Below are positions 27,342-37,359 of a DNA stretch of 64,000 bases, piece by piece. The translations under genes were made by a program, and so were the position numbers. The notes beneath the pieces were generated by a model. That model made no database searches and was not told the DNA's origin. It saw only the letters and a list, made by a program, of their open reading frames with translations. The stretch is from Bacteroidales bacterium (lineage in GTDB: Bacteria > Bacteroidota > Bacteroidia > Bacteroidales > ML635J-15): NCBI GenBank assembly GCA_035343375.1, contig DAOQYW010000011.1:1178-65177 (forward strand), written 5' to 3'. Position 1 is the first letter of the stretch. Every line of letters begins with the position of its first letter.

Positions 27342-28982
27342 ATGGCAGGAGGAAATTGCCCGGAAACCCCGAGGCAGAAAATGATAGGAATGATGTATTT
27401 GTTTTATACAGCTCTTTTGGCTCTTAATGTGTCATCTGAGATTGTAACTGCTTTCGTCAAAATTGACGACAGCATTAAAAAAACAACCGTCAACTTTTCC
27501 AATAAAACCAAATCTTTATATGGTTTAATTGATGCAAAAGTAGCTGAACAACCCGGGAAATATACGCAAATGGCTAAACAAGCTCATGAAATTGAAACAA
27601 TGGCTAACAAATTTGTTGCTGACATTGACCGGCTTAAATTAATGATAATACAGTCAAGTCAAGGACCTGATGCTACACTAGAAGATGAAATTAAGAAAAA
27701 AGATGATTTACATGCTGCAACAATAGTAATGGTTGGAGAGGGTGGTCCAATGATGGGAGACAGCTTAAGGTTATGGATGGAAAATTATCGTAAAGTTCTT
27801 CTTGAGATAGCAAAAGATACCGGAAGCACTGTATATAAAAACATTGACAAAAATCTTGAAATTGTAGATCAAAAAGACAATAAAGACGAACCATGGTCAT
27901 GGCAAGAAACTATTTGTCGTGGTATGCCTATGATTGGGACTATAGCTATGCTTTCAAAGATTCAGGCTGATGTTAGAAATGCTGAAGCAGATATTTTAGA
28001 ATATATGATTTCTGCTTTAGAAGGTCTTGATATAAGAATTACAGCTCTTGAGGGTTTGGTTAGCTCTCCAAAAAGCTTTATTATAAGAGGAGGGACATAT
28101 ACTTCAAATGTATTCCTTGGTGCTCGTGATACTTCCATGAGACCAACTGTTTATCTTACTTACGATAAACCTTTCTATGACTCAACTGTTGTTAACGGTG
28201 AAGTTCAATATCGCTTAAGACAAGGAGCAAGTTATGACACACTACCTCTTGACGCAAGTGGTAAAGGTATTCATACTAGAAGTTGTGGATCAGTTGGTGA
28301 TTTTACATATGGTGGGCTTGTTCATTATAAATCAAATCGTGGTGATATGTGGTTACCATATACAGGTACTTATCAGGTAGGCGATGCAGGATTTACCGTA
28401 TCAGCCACTAAATGTAATGTATTCTACCGAGGTCTTGATAATCCGGTTGAAGTTGCGGTATCTGGTTATCCTAAAGAAAGTGTTAGTGTCAGTATCAGCG
28501 GCGGTGCTTCAATTAGAGGTGCAGCAGGTGGTTATATTGTTTCAGTTCCACAATCAGTTACTGCAAAAGAAGTCTTAATAACTGTTTCTGTTAGAACAGA
28601 AGAAGGTGGTAGAACCCTTGGATCTGCTAAATTCAACGTTCTTAATGTGCCTCCTCCATCAATTCTCGTTGCAGGTGCTTATAAAGACGGATCTGAATTA
28701 CCAAAAGCTGCTTTAACCAGAAATCCATACTTAAGTGCAAGATTGGAAAGTGATTTCTTCCCATTCGAAGGTGTTAACTACACAATTGCAAAGTATGACT
28801 TTTTCTATACTGTCCGTGGCGTTACCAATAAAGTAACAGTACAAGGATCTCAGTTCTCACAGGAAGTTTTAAATGAAATTAACAAAATGGGACAAGGTTC
28901 TCAGGTTAGTTTCTCCAACATTTTTTATAACGGTCCTTCGGGAACAAGACAAACCAATGGTGTAACAGTAATCGTAAAATAA
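27342..28982 (+). CDS. porM: T9SS periplasm-spanning component PorM/GldM
   Basis: 546 aa. N-terminus MAGGNCPETPRQKMIGMMYLFYTALLALNVS is the GldM/PorM signature. Confidence 0.9.
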   Translation: MAGGNCPETPRQKMIGMMYLFYTALLALNVSSEIVTAFVKIDDSIKKTTVNFSNKTKSLYGLIDAKVAEQPGKYTQMAKQAHEIETMANKFVADIDRLKLMIIQSSQGPDATLEDEIKKKDDLHAATIVMVGEGGPMMGDSLRLWMENYRKVLLEIAKDTGSTVYKNIDKNLEIVDQKDNKDEPWSWQETICRGMPMIGTIAMLSKIQADVRNAEADILEYMISALEGLDIRITALEGLVSSPKSFIIRGGTYTSNVFLGARDTSMRPTVYLTYDKPFYDSTVVNGEVQYRLRQGASYDTLPLDASGKGIHTRSCGSVGDFTYGGLVHYKSNRGDMWLPYTGTYQVGDAGFTVSATKCNVFYRGLDNPVEVAVSGYPKESVSVSISGGASIRGAAGGYIVSVPQSVTAKEVLITVSVRTEEGGRTLGSAKFNVLNVPPPSILVAGAYKDGSELPKAALTRNPYLSARLESDFFPFEGVNYTIAKYDFFYTVRGVTNKVTVQGSQFSQEVLNEINKMGQGSQVSFSNIFYNGPSGTRQTNGVTVIVK

Positions 28983-28988
28983 TATATT

Positions 28989-29906
28989 ATGAAAATGTTA
29001 ATTAAGTTTTTCCCGATAATCGCATTTCTAAGCCTTGCTTTTACTACTAAAGCACAGGTTTTGGATGGTGCCTACATGAGAGAAAATACAGTAGAACGCA
29101 CATTTGTCCCCTATCAAAATATTAGGGAAGCAGACGCTATGTATTCGAAAAAAATTCTGAGAGTAATTGAACTCAGGGAAAAACAGAACCATCCTCTTTA
29201 TTTCCCGATTATCAGGATGACATATCCGGCAGGAACTGGCGTTCAGCCTCAAAGAAGCCGTGTGAATTTTCTTTATCTAATATATAACATTGGTGTATTA
29301 GGTGAAAAATATGATATAATCACCGGAGAATTACTAGATACAATTCAAGGGAAACAATATCCTGTTTTCAAATTAAATCCAAGCGATATAACTAACTGGC
29401 ACAGACAGCCGATTGAAGTAGATGATCCTGTCAGGGGAGATTTATTGGCTTATTTTGAGACTATTCAAGAGCAAGACATTGATGGAAACCTTGTTGACGT
29501 AACTATTCCTGCTAAACTCGAAGATACAAGAGTTATGGATATGTTATGGATTTGGGAAGAATGGGTTTTTGACAAACAAAGATCTTTGATGGATGTTCGT
29601 ATAGTTGCAATTTCTCCTGATGGTTGGCAAGGTGAACAACGTATTTGGCCTTTCTGGATTTATTTCCCAGATTACAGACCTTTGCTAGCTTCTTATGAAG
29701 TTTTTAATTCACAAAATGATGCCGAGCATAAAACTTTTGATGATATCTTCTTCAAAAGAAGATTTACAAGTTATATTGTTGCAGAATCTAACAACTATGA
29801 TAATAGGTTAATTTCGGACTATTTGCTTGGTATTGATGCAATTCGTGAAGGCGAAAGAATTCAGGAAGAAATATTCAAAATTGAACACGATCAATGGGAA
29901 TATTAA
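28989..29906 (+). CDS. porN: T9SS ring component PorN/GldN
   Basis: 305 aa. Signal peptide, then VPYQNIREADAMYSKKILRVIELREKQNHPLYFP (the GldN/PorN signature). It starts 6 nt after the porM stop. Confidence 0.85.
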   Translation: MKMLIKFFPIIAFLSLAFTTKAQVLDGAYMRENTVERTFVPYQNIREADAMYSKKILRVIELREKQNHPLYFPIIRMTYPAGTGVQPQRSRVNFLYLIYNIGVLGEKYDIITGELLDTIQGKQYPVFKLNPSDITNWHRQPIEVDDPVRGDLLAYFETIQEQDIDGNLVDVTIPAKLEDTRVMDMLWIWEEWVFDKQRSLMDVRIVAISPDGWQGEQRIWPFWIYFPDYRPLLASYEVFNSQNDAEHKTFDDIFFKRRFTSYIVAESNNYDNRLISDYLLGIDAIREGERIQEEIFKIEHDQWEY

Positions 29907-29920
29907 ACTAACAACATGAT

Positions 29921-29949
29921 AAAAAAAGGAGCTTTCTGCTCCTTTTTTT
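29921..29949. terminator. Bidirectional intrinsic terminator between porN and the convergent guanylyltransferase gene
   Basis: AAAAAAAGGAGC-TTTCT-GCTCCTTTTTTT. The GC core stem GGAGC/GCTCC is flanked by an A-tract and a T-tract. Confidence 0.7.
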
Positions 29950-31030
29950 ATTTTATTCCCTCACCAAATTTTAGCTTAGCCTCATTTAACAAATCTGATA
30001 TCTGTTGCTCATTTTCTCTTTTGCATATTAATATTGCAGAGTCTGTATCCACAACAATCAAATCTTCTATTCCATTCAATATAACAACCTTTTGAGTGCC
30101 GGCGGTGTTGATATAATTATTAGATGATTGACTTATTAAAACTTTATCACCAAGCACAACATTATTATCTAAATCCTTTTCATGAAGGCTATATAAAGAA
30201 TTCCAAGTGCCCAAATCAGACCAACCAAAATCTGTTTTCAATACTCGCACATTTTGTGCTTTTTCCATAACTCCAAAGTCTATCGAAATACTTTTAGCAT
30301 CAGAATAAATTCTATTGATAGCGACATTTTCTTCATCTGTACCAAAAACCGCTTTATTTTCTACGAATAGATTATACATTTCTGGTAAGAATTCCTTTAT
30401 TGCACTATCAATAACATCATGTTTCCAAAGAAATATTCCAGAATTCCACAAAAAATCTCCACTACTTATGAAGAATTTGGCAAGTTCAAGATGAGGTTTT
30501 TCTGTAAATGTTTTAACCGGAACAAACCTGGAGTCATCCCCCTCATTCGCCATTTGAATATAACCATAACCCGTAGCAGGACGATCCGGAGTAATCCCAA
30601 AAGTAACCAATGAATTATTGGTATCTATATATTCGAGACCTTCCGAAATGTTTTTGAGAAATTCTTTCTCATTAACAATAAGATGATCTGCAGGTGTTAC
30701 GACAATATTCGCATTGGGATTTCTTAATCCGATTCTTAAGTTTGCGTATAAAATACATGGTGCAGTATTCCTTCTCATCGGCTCTCCAATGATATTTTCA
30801 TTAGGAACTAAAGGAAGTTGATTTTGAACAATATTTCTGTATTCCTCATTTGTAACAACATATATGTTTTCAACAGGAATTATTTTTACAATTCGATCAA
30901 ATGTTTGTTGAATTAATGTTCTTCCAGTCCCCATTATATCAAGAAACTGCTTTGGCATATTGCTGCGACTTACCGGCCAAAAACGGCTTCCAATTCCACC
31001 CGCCATTATTACACAATAGTTTTGTTCCAT
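29948..31030 (-). CDS. Mannose-1-phosphate guanylyltransferase-like nucleotidyltransferase
   Basis: 360 aa. VIMAGGIGSRFWPVSRSNMPKQFLDI and GYGYIQ motifs. No C-terminal cupin/PMI domain. Confidence 0.8.
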   Translation of the reverse strand: MEQNYCVIMAGGIGSRFWPVSRSNMPKQFLDIMGTGRTLIQQTFDRIVKIIPVENIYVVTNEEYRNIVQNQLPLVPNENIIGEPMRRNTAPCILYANLRIGLRNPNANIVVTPADHLIVNEKEFLKNISEGLEYIDTNNSLVTFGITPDRPATGYGYIQMANEGDDSRFVPVKTFTEKPHLELAKFFISSGDFLWNSGIFLWKHDVIDSAIKEFLPEMYNLFVENKAVFGTDEENVAINRIYSDAKSISIDFGVMEKAQNVRVLKTDFGWSDLGTWNSLYSLHEKDLDNNVVLGDKVLISQSSNNYINTAGTQKVVILNGIEDLIVVDTDSAILICKRENEQQISDLLNEAKLKFGEGIK

Positions 31031-31099
31031 AATTACAACTTTAGAATTTAAATTAACACAATATAGTGATATTTTTTTTCATTTGCAAGAGAGTTTAAT

Positions 31100-31107
31100 T
31101 AAATTTG
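31100..31107 (+). promoter_or_regulatory. Candidate -7 box (TAAATTTG) for the mlaE-led gene string
   Basis: Exact TAnnTTTG match 15 nt upstream of ATG 31123. The TTTG at 31082-31085 is closer than the canonical spacing. Confidence 0.35.
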
Positions 31108-31122
31108 TAACTACAAATAAAT

Positions 31123-31863
31123 ATGAAACTTCTATCTGTTATAGGGCAATATTTGGTGCTGATGAGTGCAGTATTTACTAAACCAGTACGGGCTAGGATT
31201 TTCATTAAACGCGTATTTGAAGAAATTGAACAAATCGGGATGGATTCCATTTGGATTGTATCAATTGTATCGGTTTTCATGGGAGCAGTATTGACATTAC
31301 AGGTTGCGATAAATTTTACATCACCGGTTATTCCGCAATATTTAATAGGTCTAAGCGCAAGAGACACTTTTATTTTAGAATTTTCAAGTACTATAATTTG
31401 CTTAATTCTTGCAGGCAAAGTAGGATCAAACATTGCCTCAGAAATTGGCACAATGAGAATAACTGAACAAATTGATGCCTTAGAAATTATGGGAGTAAAT
31501 TCAGCAAATTATTTAATCTTACCCAAAATTACTGCTGCATTAATATCTTTTCCTATACTAAATCTACTTAGTATCATTCTTGGAATTTTTGGGGGCTATT
31601 TGATAGCCACAGCAACAGATGTCGTAAGTATTTATGATTATATTTACGGGCTAAATTATATGTTTGTCCCATTTTATGTTACTTATTCTCTGATTAAAAT
31701 ATGTGTGTTTTCGATTATCATTACTTCGGTTTCTTCATTTCATGGATACTATACTTTCGGTGGAGCTCTCGAAGTTGGTAAAAGTAGTACAAAAGCTGTC
31801 GTTTATAGTATTATCCTAGTTTTGTTGTTTAACCTGATTTTAACACAACTACTGCTGACATGA
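31123..31863 (+). CDS. mlaE: MlaE-family ABC transporter permease
   Basis: 246 aa, polytopic. EQIDALEIMGVNSANYLILPKI is the MlaE/Ttg2B signature region. Confidence 0.85.
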   Translation: MKLLSVIGQYLVLMSAVFTKPVRARIFIKRVFEEIEQIGMDSIWIVSIVSVFMGAVLTLQVAINFTSPVIPQYLIGLSARDTFILEFSSTIICLILAGKVGSNIASEIGTMRITEQIDALEIMGVNSANYLILPKITAALISFPILNLLSIILGIFGGYLIATATDVVSIYDYIYGLNYMFVPFYVTYSLIKICVFSIIITSVSSFHGYYTFGGALEVGKSSTKAVVYSIILVLLFNLILTQLLLT

Positions 31864-32615
31864 TAGAAGTAAAAAATGTAAATAAAAGCTTTGGAGATCA
31901 GCATGTTTTAAAAGATGTTAGTGCTTTTTTTGAACCCGGTAAAATAAATATGATAATTGGTCGCAGTGGTTCAGGCAAAACAGTGTTGTTGAAATCTATA
32001 ATTGGATTAGTTAAACCTGAAACAGGGGATATCTTTTTTAATGAACGTGAATTTATAAGGGCAAATATCAAATTTAAGAGAGAAATTCGTAAAGAGATTG
32101 GAATGGTTTTTCAGGGTGGTGCTTTATTTACTTCTCAAACGGTTGAAGATAATATTATGTTCCCTCTAAACCTTTTTACTAACCTAACCAAGAAAGAAAA
32201 ACTTAATAGAGTAAACTTTTGTTTAGATCGTGTTAATATTCAGAATGCAAATAAGCAATTCCCATCCGAAATAAGCGGGGGTATGCAAAAACGTGTTGCT
32301 ATAGCCAGAGCAATTGCTCTTAACCCCAAATATTTGTTTTGCGATGAGCCCAACTCAGGCCTTGACCCACAAACAGCAATTATGATAGACCAACTGATAC
32401 ATAATATAACTGTTGAATATAATATGACAACTATCGTCAATACTCACGACATGAATTCCGTTATGGAAATTGCCGATAGTATTATTTTTATTTATGAAGG
32501 ACATAAATGGTGGCAAGGAGGCCGTGAAGACATTTTTAATTCAGAGAATGATGAACTAAACGATTTTGTCTTTGCTTCAGAATTGTGTAAAAAAATAAAA
32601 AAAACAAATCCATGA
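31860..32615 (+). CDS. mlaF: ABC transporter ATP-binding protein (MlaF-like)
   Basis: 251 aa. Walker A GRSGSGKTV, signature ISGGMQKRVAIARAIA, and Walker B LFCDEP. 4-nt overlap with mlaE. Confidence 0.85.
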   Translation: MIEVKNVNKSFGDQHVLKDVSAFFEPGKINMIIGRSGSGKTVLLKSIIGLVKPETGDIFFNEREFIRANIKFKREIRKEIGMVFQGGALFTSQTVEDNIMFPLNLFTNLTKKEKLNRVNFCLDRVNIQNANKQFPSEISGGMQKRVAIARAIALNPKYLFCDEPNSGLDPQTAIMIDQLIHNITVEYNMTTIVNTHDMNSVMEIADSIIFIYEGHKWWQGGREDIFNSENDELNDFVFASELCKKIKKTNP

Positions 32616-32968
32616 AAAAAATTTACGTCATTATTATATTGTTTTCAGTAATTGTTATGTCATGTATTTCTGAACCAAACTATTCAACGCCAAAAGGGGA
32701 AAATATAATTCCAAAGGATTCTTTTGAACTACTTATCTACGATGTCCATCTTGCAGACGCAATAATAACATCAAAAATAATGAAAACAAAAGATAATAAG
32801 CTTGCTGATTCATTATTATATGTAAGTGTATTTAAAAAGCACAATTATACACGTGAACAATTTGAGCAAACTTTATTATATTATGTCCACAATAAGATGG
32901 ACACTCTTAATAAAATCTATGATAGAGTAATAGATAGGTTTAATCAGGAAAAGGGAAAAATATACTAA
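32612..32968 (+). CDS. Small lipoprotein, unknown function (DUF4296-like)
   Basis: 118 aa, lipobox VMSC. The motif DVHLADAII resembles DUF4296 as I recall it. 4-nt overlap with mlaF. Confidence 0.4.
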   Translation: MKKIYVIIILFSVIVMSCISEPNYSTPKGENIIPKDSFELLIYDVHLADAIITSKIMKTKDNKLADSLLYVSVFKKHNYTREQFEQTLLYYVHNKMDTLNKIYDRVIDRFNQEKGKIY

Positions 32969-32972
32969 ATCA

Positions 32973-34121
32973 ATGCGTCATTTTGCTGCAAACTATATTT
33001 TTGACGGAGAATCTCTTATTAAAAATTCGTTAATAACTGTTGACAACTCAGGCAGAATTATTTATGTTGGCAAAGAGAATGACGCGCTTATCGAAAGACC
33101 TAAAATGATATTTTACAACGGGATTCTTTCGCCAGGATTTGTTAATGCTCATTGCCATCTTGAACTGTCAGATTATGAAAAATCAGATGAGAAGGGTAAA
33201 GGCTTGTCTAATTTTGTTTCAAAAATATTATCAAGACGTGATTTATTTAACGATCAAAAAAAAATTCGGTTTTATGACCAAATGATGTTTGACAAAGGAA
33301 CAAATCTGGTTTCTGACATAGTTAATACAGACAAAACAATTAACATCAAAACGAAATCAAGTATTAAATATCGAAACTTTGTTGAAATAAGTGGCACACA
33401 TGCCTTAGATGCAGAAAATAAAATAGCGTGGTCGGAAAATCTAATTTCACAGTATAAGTCTTCAGGGTTGAATGCTACTGCTACCCTCCACTCATTCTAT
33501 TCTGTTTCTCTAGAAATATTAAATCATTTTTTAAAAAATTCTATTCATGATATGCTTAGCATTCATTTTTTGGAATCTGAAGAAGAGTTAAGATTTTTTC
33601 AAGGAGAACATAATGCTTTATATAAATGCATTTTAAAGATAAACCGGGACTTTTCTGCTATTGTTACAAATATCAATGATTTATATGATTTAATTGATAG
33701 TTTTCCAAATACATCAACAATTATTCTTGTACACAATGTAAAAGTAAAAACAGCTTCTGCTACTGACACAAACAAATATTACTGTTTATGCCCGGCTTCA
33801 AATTTATATTTACATAATGAATTGCCATCTTCGGATTTCGTTTACAATAACATAAATCGAATTGTAGTTGGAACAGATTCAATTGCTTCAAATACAGAAT
33901 TAAATATTTTCAATGAAATAAAATTATTGTCTAATTATTATCCTGAATTAAAGTTAAGTGAATTGTTAAAAATGATTACAAAAACCGGAGCAGAGGCATT
34001 AAAAGAGAGCGAATTCGGCACTTTTAAGATTGGAACGAATCCAGGGATTATATTAATCAATAATGTTGACCTTATAAATTTAAAAATAACTAACAATAGC
34101 TTTACCACGAGAATAATGTAA
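32973..34121 (+). CDS. Amidohydrolase-superfamily metal-dependent hydrolase
   Basis: 382 aa. GFVNAHCHLELS (HxH metal motif), and a later VGTDS-type acidic motif (VVGTDSIASN). Substrate unknown. Confidence 0.6.
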   Translation: MRHFAANYIFDGESLIKNSLITVDNSGRIIYVGKENDALIERPKMIFYNGILSPGFVNAHCHLELSDYEKSDEKGKGLSNFVSKILSRRDLFNDQKKIRFYDQMMFDKGTNLVSDIVNTDKTINIKTKSSIKYRNFVEISGTHALDAENKIAWSENLISQYKSSGLNATATLHSFYSVSLEILNHFLKNSIHDMLSIHFLESEEELRFFQGEHNALYKCILKINRDFSAIVTNINDLYDLIDSFPNTSTIILVHNVKVKTASATDTNKYYCLCPASNLYLHNELPSSDFVYNNINRIVVGTDSIASNTELNIFNEIKLLSNYYPELKLSELLKMITKTGAEALKESEFGTFKIGTNPGIILINNVDLINLKITNNSFTTRIM

Positions 34122-34136
34122 ATAAGTCTTTAATTT

Positions 34137-35207
34137 TTGAAAAGTTCAACAAACATACTTATTTGTCCTCTTAACTGGGGCTTGGGACATGCAAGCAGAA
34201 TGATTCCAATAATTGATTTTTGCATTAAAAGGAATAAAAATATTATAATTGCCGGAAATGGGAACTCATTGGATTTATTAGCCAGAAGGTTTCCTAATCT
34301 TGAAATAGAATATATCCCCGCTCCTACGCTCCAGTACAGCACTAAACGGGCAATAGGTTTTACATTCTATTTCAATTTTTTTCTTCTTTTTGTAAATATG
34401 TACAGGGAAAGAAAATATTTAAAAAACATAGTAAACAAATATATGATTGATACAATAATATCCGATAACAGACCCGGTATTTACCTCCCTAAATTAAAAT
34501 CCATTTACTTCACTCATCAAATCAATGTTTACCCATCAAAAAACAGGGGAATATTATCAAATATATTATCAAAATTACATAAGAATATAATAAAAAAATA
34601 TGACTACTGCTTTGTTCCCGATTTTGATAACAATAGCTATGCAGGACGATTGTCAAAAAATACAACAGGATTAAATCTTAAATACATTGGACCTTTGTCA
34701 AGATTTTCAATAGTGCAACCGAATTATTCAGAAAACAAACCTAAATATGATATTGTCTGTATTATTTCGGGTCCAGAACCTCAAAGAAAAGTATTTGAAG
34801 ACATCTTAATAAAAAAATTTAAGAACGAAAACACAAAAACATTGATTTTTAGAGGATTGCCTGAAAAACAAAGTGAGAATATTCAAATAGGAAATATTCG
34901 TTTAATTAATCACTGTGATGATTCAGAATTCCTTTCTTATTTAAATTCAGCCGAAATTATTTTATGCCGAAGTGGATACAGCACTATTATGGATCTTATA
35001 ACTATCAGAAAAAATGCTATTCTTATACCTACTCCCGGGCAACCAGAGCAAGAATATCTGGGAAATCACCTTAAAAAGTATGGCTTCATCTGTGTTAAAC
35101 AAAATGATATTTTAAACTTTGACATTACAGAAACTAGTTTTATAGATTATAAACCTATTGAGCCTAATGGTGAAGATTTGAAAAATATATTAGATTTGTA
35201 TTTATGA
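34137..35207 (+). CDS. Glycosyltransferase, MurG/GT28-like fold
   Basis: 356 aa. N-terminal CPLNWGLGHASRMIPI (glycine-rich loop of GT-B enzymes) and C-terminal RSGYSTIMDL. Only a TTG start is available in frame. Confidence 0.55.
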   Translation: MKSSTNILICPLNWGLGHASRMIPIIDFCIKRNKNIIIAGNGNSLDLLARRFPNLEIEYIPAPTLQYSTKRAIGFTFYFNFFLLFVNMYRERKYLKNIVNKYMIDTIISDNRPGIYLPKLKSIYFTHQINVYPSKNRGILSNILSKLHKNIIKKYDYCFVPDFDNNSYAGRLSKNTTGLNLKYIGPLSRFSIVQPNYSENKPKYDIVCIISGPEPQRKVFEDILIKKFKNENTKTLIFRGLPEKQSENIQIGNIRLINHCDDSEFLSYLNSAEIILCRSGYSTIMDLITIRKNAILIPTPGQPEQEYLGNHLKKYGFICVKQNDILNFDITETSFIDYKPIEPNGEDLKNILDLYL

Positions 35208-36076
35208 AAGTATGCGGATTTAGTTTTATAAGAAATGCGATAAAATATGATTATCCGATTGCAGAAGCTATTGGGTCGGTCTTACCAATATGTGATAAAT
35301 TCATTATTGCAGTAGGGAAATCCGAAGATGAAACCTTAAATTTGATAAAGAACATTTCGCCCGAAAAAATAGAAATTGTAGAAACAGTTTGGGACGACAG
35401 TTTACGCAAAGGAGGACAAGTACTAGCAGAAGAAACAAACAAAGCATTTCGGGCAATACCTGATGATTTTGATTGGTGTTTTTATATTCAGGGTGATGAA
35501 GCTGTACATGAAAAATATTTGCCAACTATCCGAAATGCTATGCAAGATAATCTTAATGACAATAATGTAGATGGTCTGCTTTTCAAATATTTGCATTTTT
35601 ACGGTTCATACGACTATGTAGGAGAATCATACCGCTGGTATAGAAACGAGATAAGAATTATACGAAATAATAAAAGCATTTATTCTTATAGAGATGCACA
35701 GGGTTTTCGTAAAAACAGCGACAAAATGTTAAATGTTAAGCAAACTGATGCTTATATTTATCATTATGGATGGGTTAAAGACCCTCGTGCAATGCAAAAG
35801 AAACAAAAGGACTTTAATAAGCTGTGGCATGATGATCAATGGATTGAAAAGAATATTATTGAAGCCGAAGAGTTTGACTACTCAGCAATTGATACTTTAA
35901 AAAAATTTAACGACACTCATCCATCAATTATGCTGGATAGAATTAATCAAAACAACTGGAAATTTGATTATGATTTATCTTATAATAAACCAAAGACAAA
36001 AGATAAATTTAAAAAAATGTTTGAAAACCTGGGAATTAGTTTCGGGCAATACAAAAACTATAAACTATTGAAATAA
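35204..36076 (+). CDS. Putative glycosyltransferase (GT2-like)
   Basis: 290 aa. The N-terminus CGFSFIRNAIKYDYPIAEAIGSVLPICDKFIIAVGKSED and the acidic QGDE motif resemble a conserved Bacteroidota GT2-like family. This is a weak, memory-based call. 4-nt overlap with the upstream GT. Confidence 0.45.
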   Translation: MKVCGFSFIRNAIKYDYPIAEAIGSVLPICDKFIIAVGKSEDETLNLIKNISPEKIEIVETVWDDSLRKGGQVLAEETNKAFRAIPDDFDWCFYIQGDEAVHEKYLPTIRNAMQDNLNDNNVDGLLFKYLHFYGSYDYVGESYRWYRNEIRIIRNNKSIYSYRDAQGFRKNSDKMLNVKQTDAYIYHYGWVKDPRAMQKKQKDFNKLWHDDQWIEKNIIEAEEFDYSAIDTLKKFNDTHPSIMLDRINQNNWKFDYDLSYNKPKTKDKFKKMFENLGISFGQYKNYKLLK

Positions 36077-36103
36077 AAAAAGGGCTTTTCAGCCCTTTTA
36101 AAA
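36075..36103. terminator. Bidirectional intrinsic terminator between convergent genes
   Basis: AAAAAAAGGGCT-TTTC-AGCCCTTTTAAAATTT. Stem AGGGCT/AGCCCT is flanked by A- and T-tracts. Confidence 0.7.
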
Positions 36104-36115
36104 TTTAAAATAATA

Positions 36116-36886
36116 TTACGGTTGTCTTTTTAAAGTCTGCAAAACTGTACCAACTTCAAAATACGGTCCGCCAATTCCCTGAACGGTACCTTGATAAAAA
36201 TAATTTATATTTTGTCTGGTATGAATTTCCTTCTTCTTCAACATATCTAATTCCCAAATAGTACAATATTGTCCGTTCGCATATTTAATAGCTGTAGAAT
36301 AAGTTGAATCCAAACTCCATGTTGGAGTCTCTTCACTATCCTCATTTATTTCCATTGTTAATATCTGTGTAATCTGTTTAGATTCTTCAATAACAATAGC
36401 CATTCTTTCTTTATTCTTATAATCATCTATATTACCAAGAAAATTCCATGTTCCCGATGCTTCTTCAAAAATTCTGTATTGAGTCATAAGAAGGCCTTCG
36501 TCATCACCAATAGGTTGCTCAATAGTGTACTGATATTCGTATGTTTGTCTGTAAATACCTTCTCTATCAAAATACACAAAGTTTCTTCCTTCAATTACTT
36601 CACCAATAATTAACCTCGTACTGTCAGTATTAAGAATTTCAATATATCTTTCCCAAGCCAACCCGTCTACTGTTGTAGTTGTCCTTATTTGAACATCATT
36701 ACCATAGGTAGTTTTTATTATAGACTCCATATTAGTAATATCCCATTTCCCAGTAACACGTGCTTTTCTGGTATACATAGAAAAAAACGGATCGTCCTCA
36801 CCCTTTTTAAAACAACTGGTTGTCAATAAAGGAAGAACAATTATCATCCCCAACAGTACTAAACTTAAGTGTTTTTTTGTGTTCAT
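36116..36886 (-). CDS. Lipoprotein, unknown function
   Basis: Start taken at ATG 36886 (MNTKKHLSLVLLGMIIVLPLLTTSC lipobox) rather than the TTG at 36913. A GKWDITN motif suggests a lipocalin-like fold. Confidence 0.5.
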   Translation of the reverse strand: MNTKKHLSLVLLGMIIVLPLLTTSCFKKGEDDPFFSMYTRKARVTGKWDITNMESIIKTTYGNDVQIRTTTTVDGLAWERYIEILNTDSTRLIIGEVIEGRNFVYFDREGIYRQTYEYQYTIEQPIGDDEGLLMTQYRIFEEASGTWNFLGNIDDYKNKERMAIVIEESKQITQILTMEINEDSEETPTWSLDSTYSTAIKYANGQYCTIWELDMLKKKEIHTRQNINYFYQGTVQGIGGPYFEVGTVLQTLKRQP

Positions 36887-37351
36887 AGTTATACTCTGTG
36901 TCAATTTGTACAAAAGTAAATTCTTTTTAAATAATTTACAAATAAATAGAAAAAAAATTTAATAATCATAATTTTTTAACAAAAAATGCTTTTTCAGTCA
37001 AAAAAATGTTTATAACCTGTTAATATTTCAAAAATCAATTGTAAAAATAACTATTTTTTTTATACTTAATAGTTTTTATTTCAAATAATTAAAAATATTT
37101 TTTTCGTAAATATTACAATCCTATTAAAACTTCCACCTATTTATATTTATTAGTTTTACAAAGCTTTTTCAAAACAGTTTGTATTAATATAACTTTTAAA
37201 GTAATACATTTGTTGCGAAGAAACAGTAAAAAAACTTTCAAATTATTAAACCACATTCACAATTTTATAATTTTAAACAATTTTTGATTTGGTCATTAAT
37301 TGGATTTTATCATAATTTTATCTAATTTGATGAATTAAAATGTATTTTTTA

Positions 37352-37359
37352 TATTTTTG
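37352..37359 (+). promoter_or_regulatory. Candidate promoter (-7 TATTTTTG, -33 TTTG at 37326-37329)
   Basis: Exact TAnnTTTG match 20 nt upstream of ATG 37379, with a TTTG 22 nt upstream of the box. Confidence 0.35.

Noticed and set aside
31095-31451. Track ORFs embedded antisense or out of frame within well-supported genes (also 34130-34342, 44480-44674, 49751-49945, 52706-52894, 12048-12284, 41790-42101 and others)
   Set aside because: Each overlaps a longer ORF with clear family motifs. They are short, lack recognisable motifs, and have the skewed composition typical of shadow frames in AT-rich genomes.
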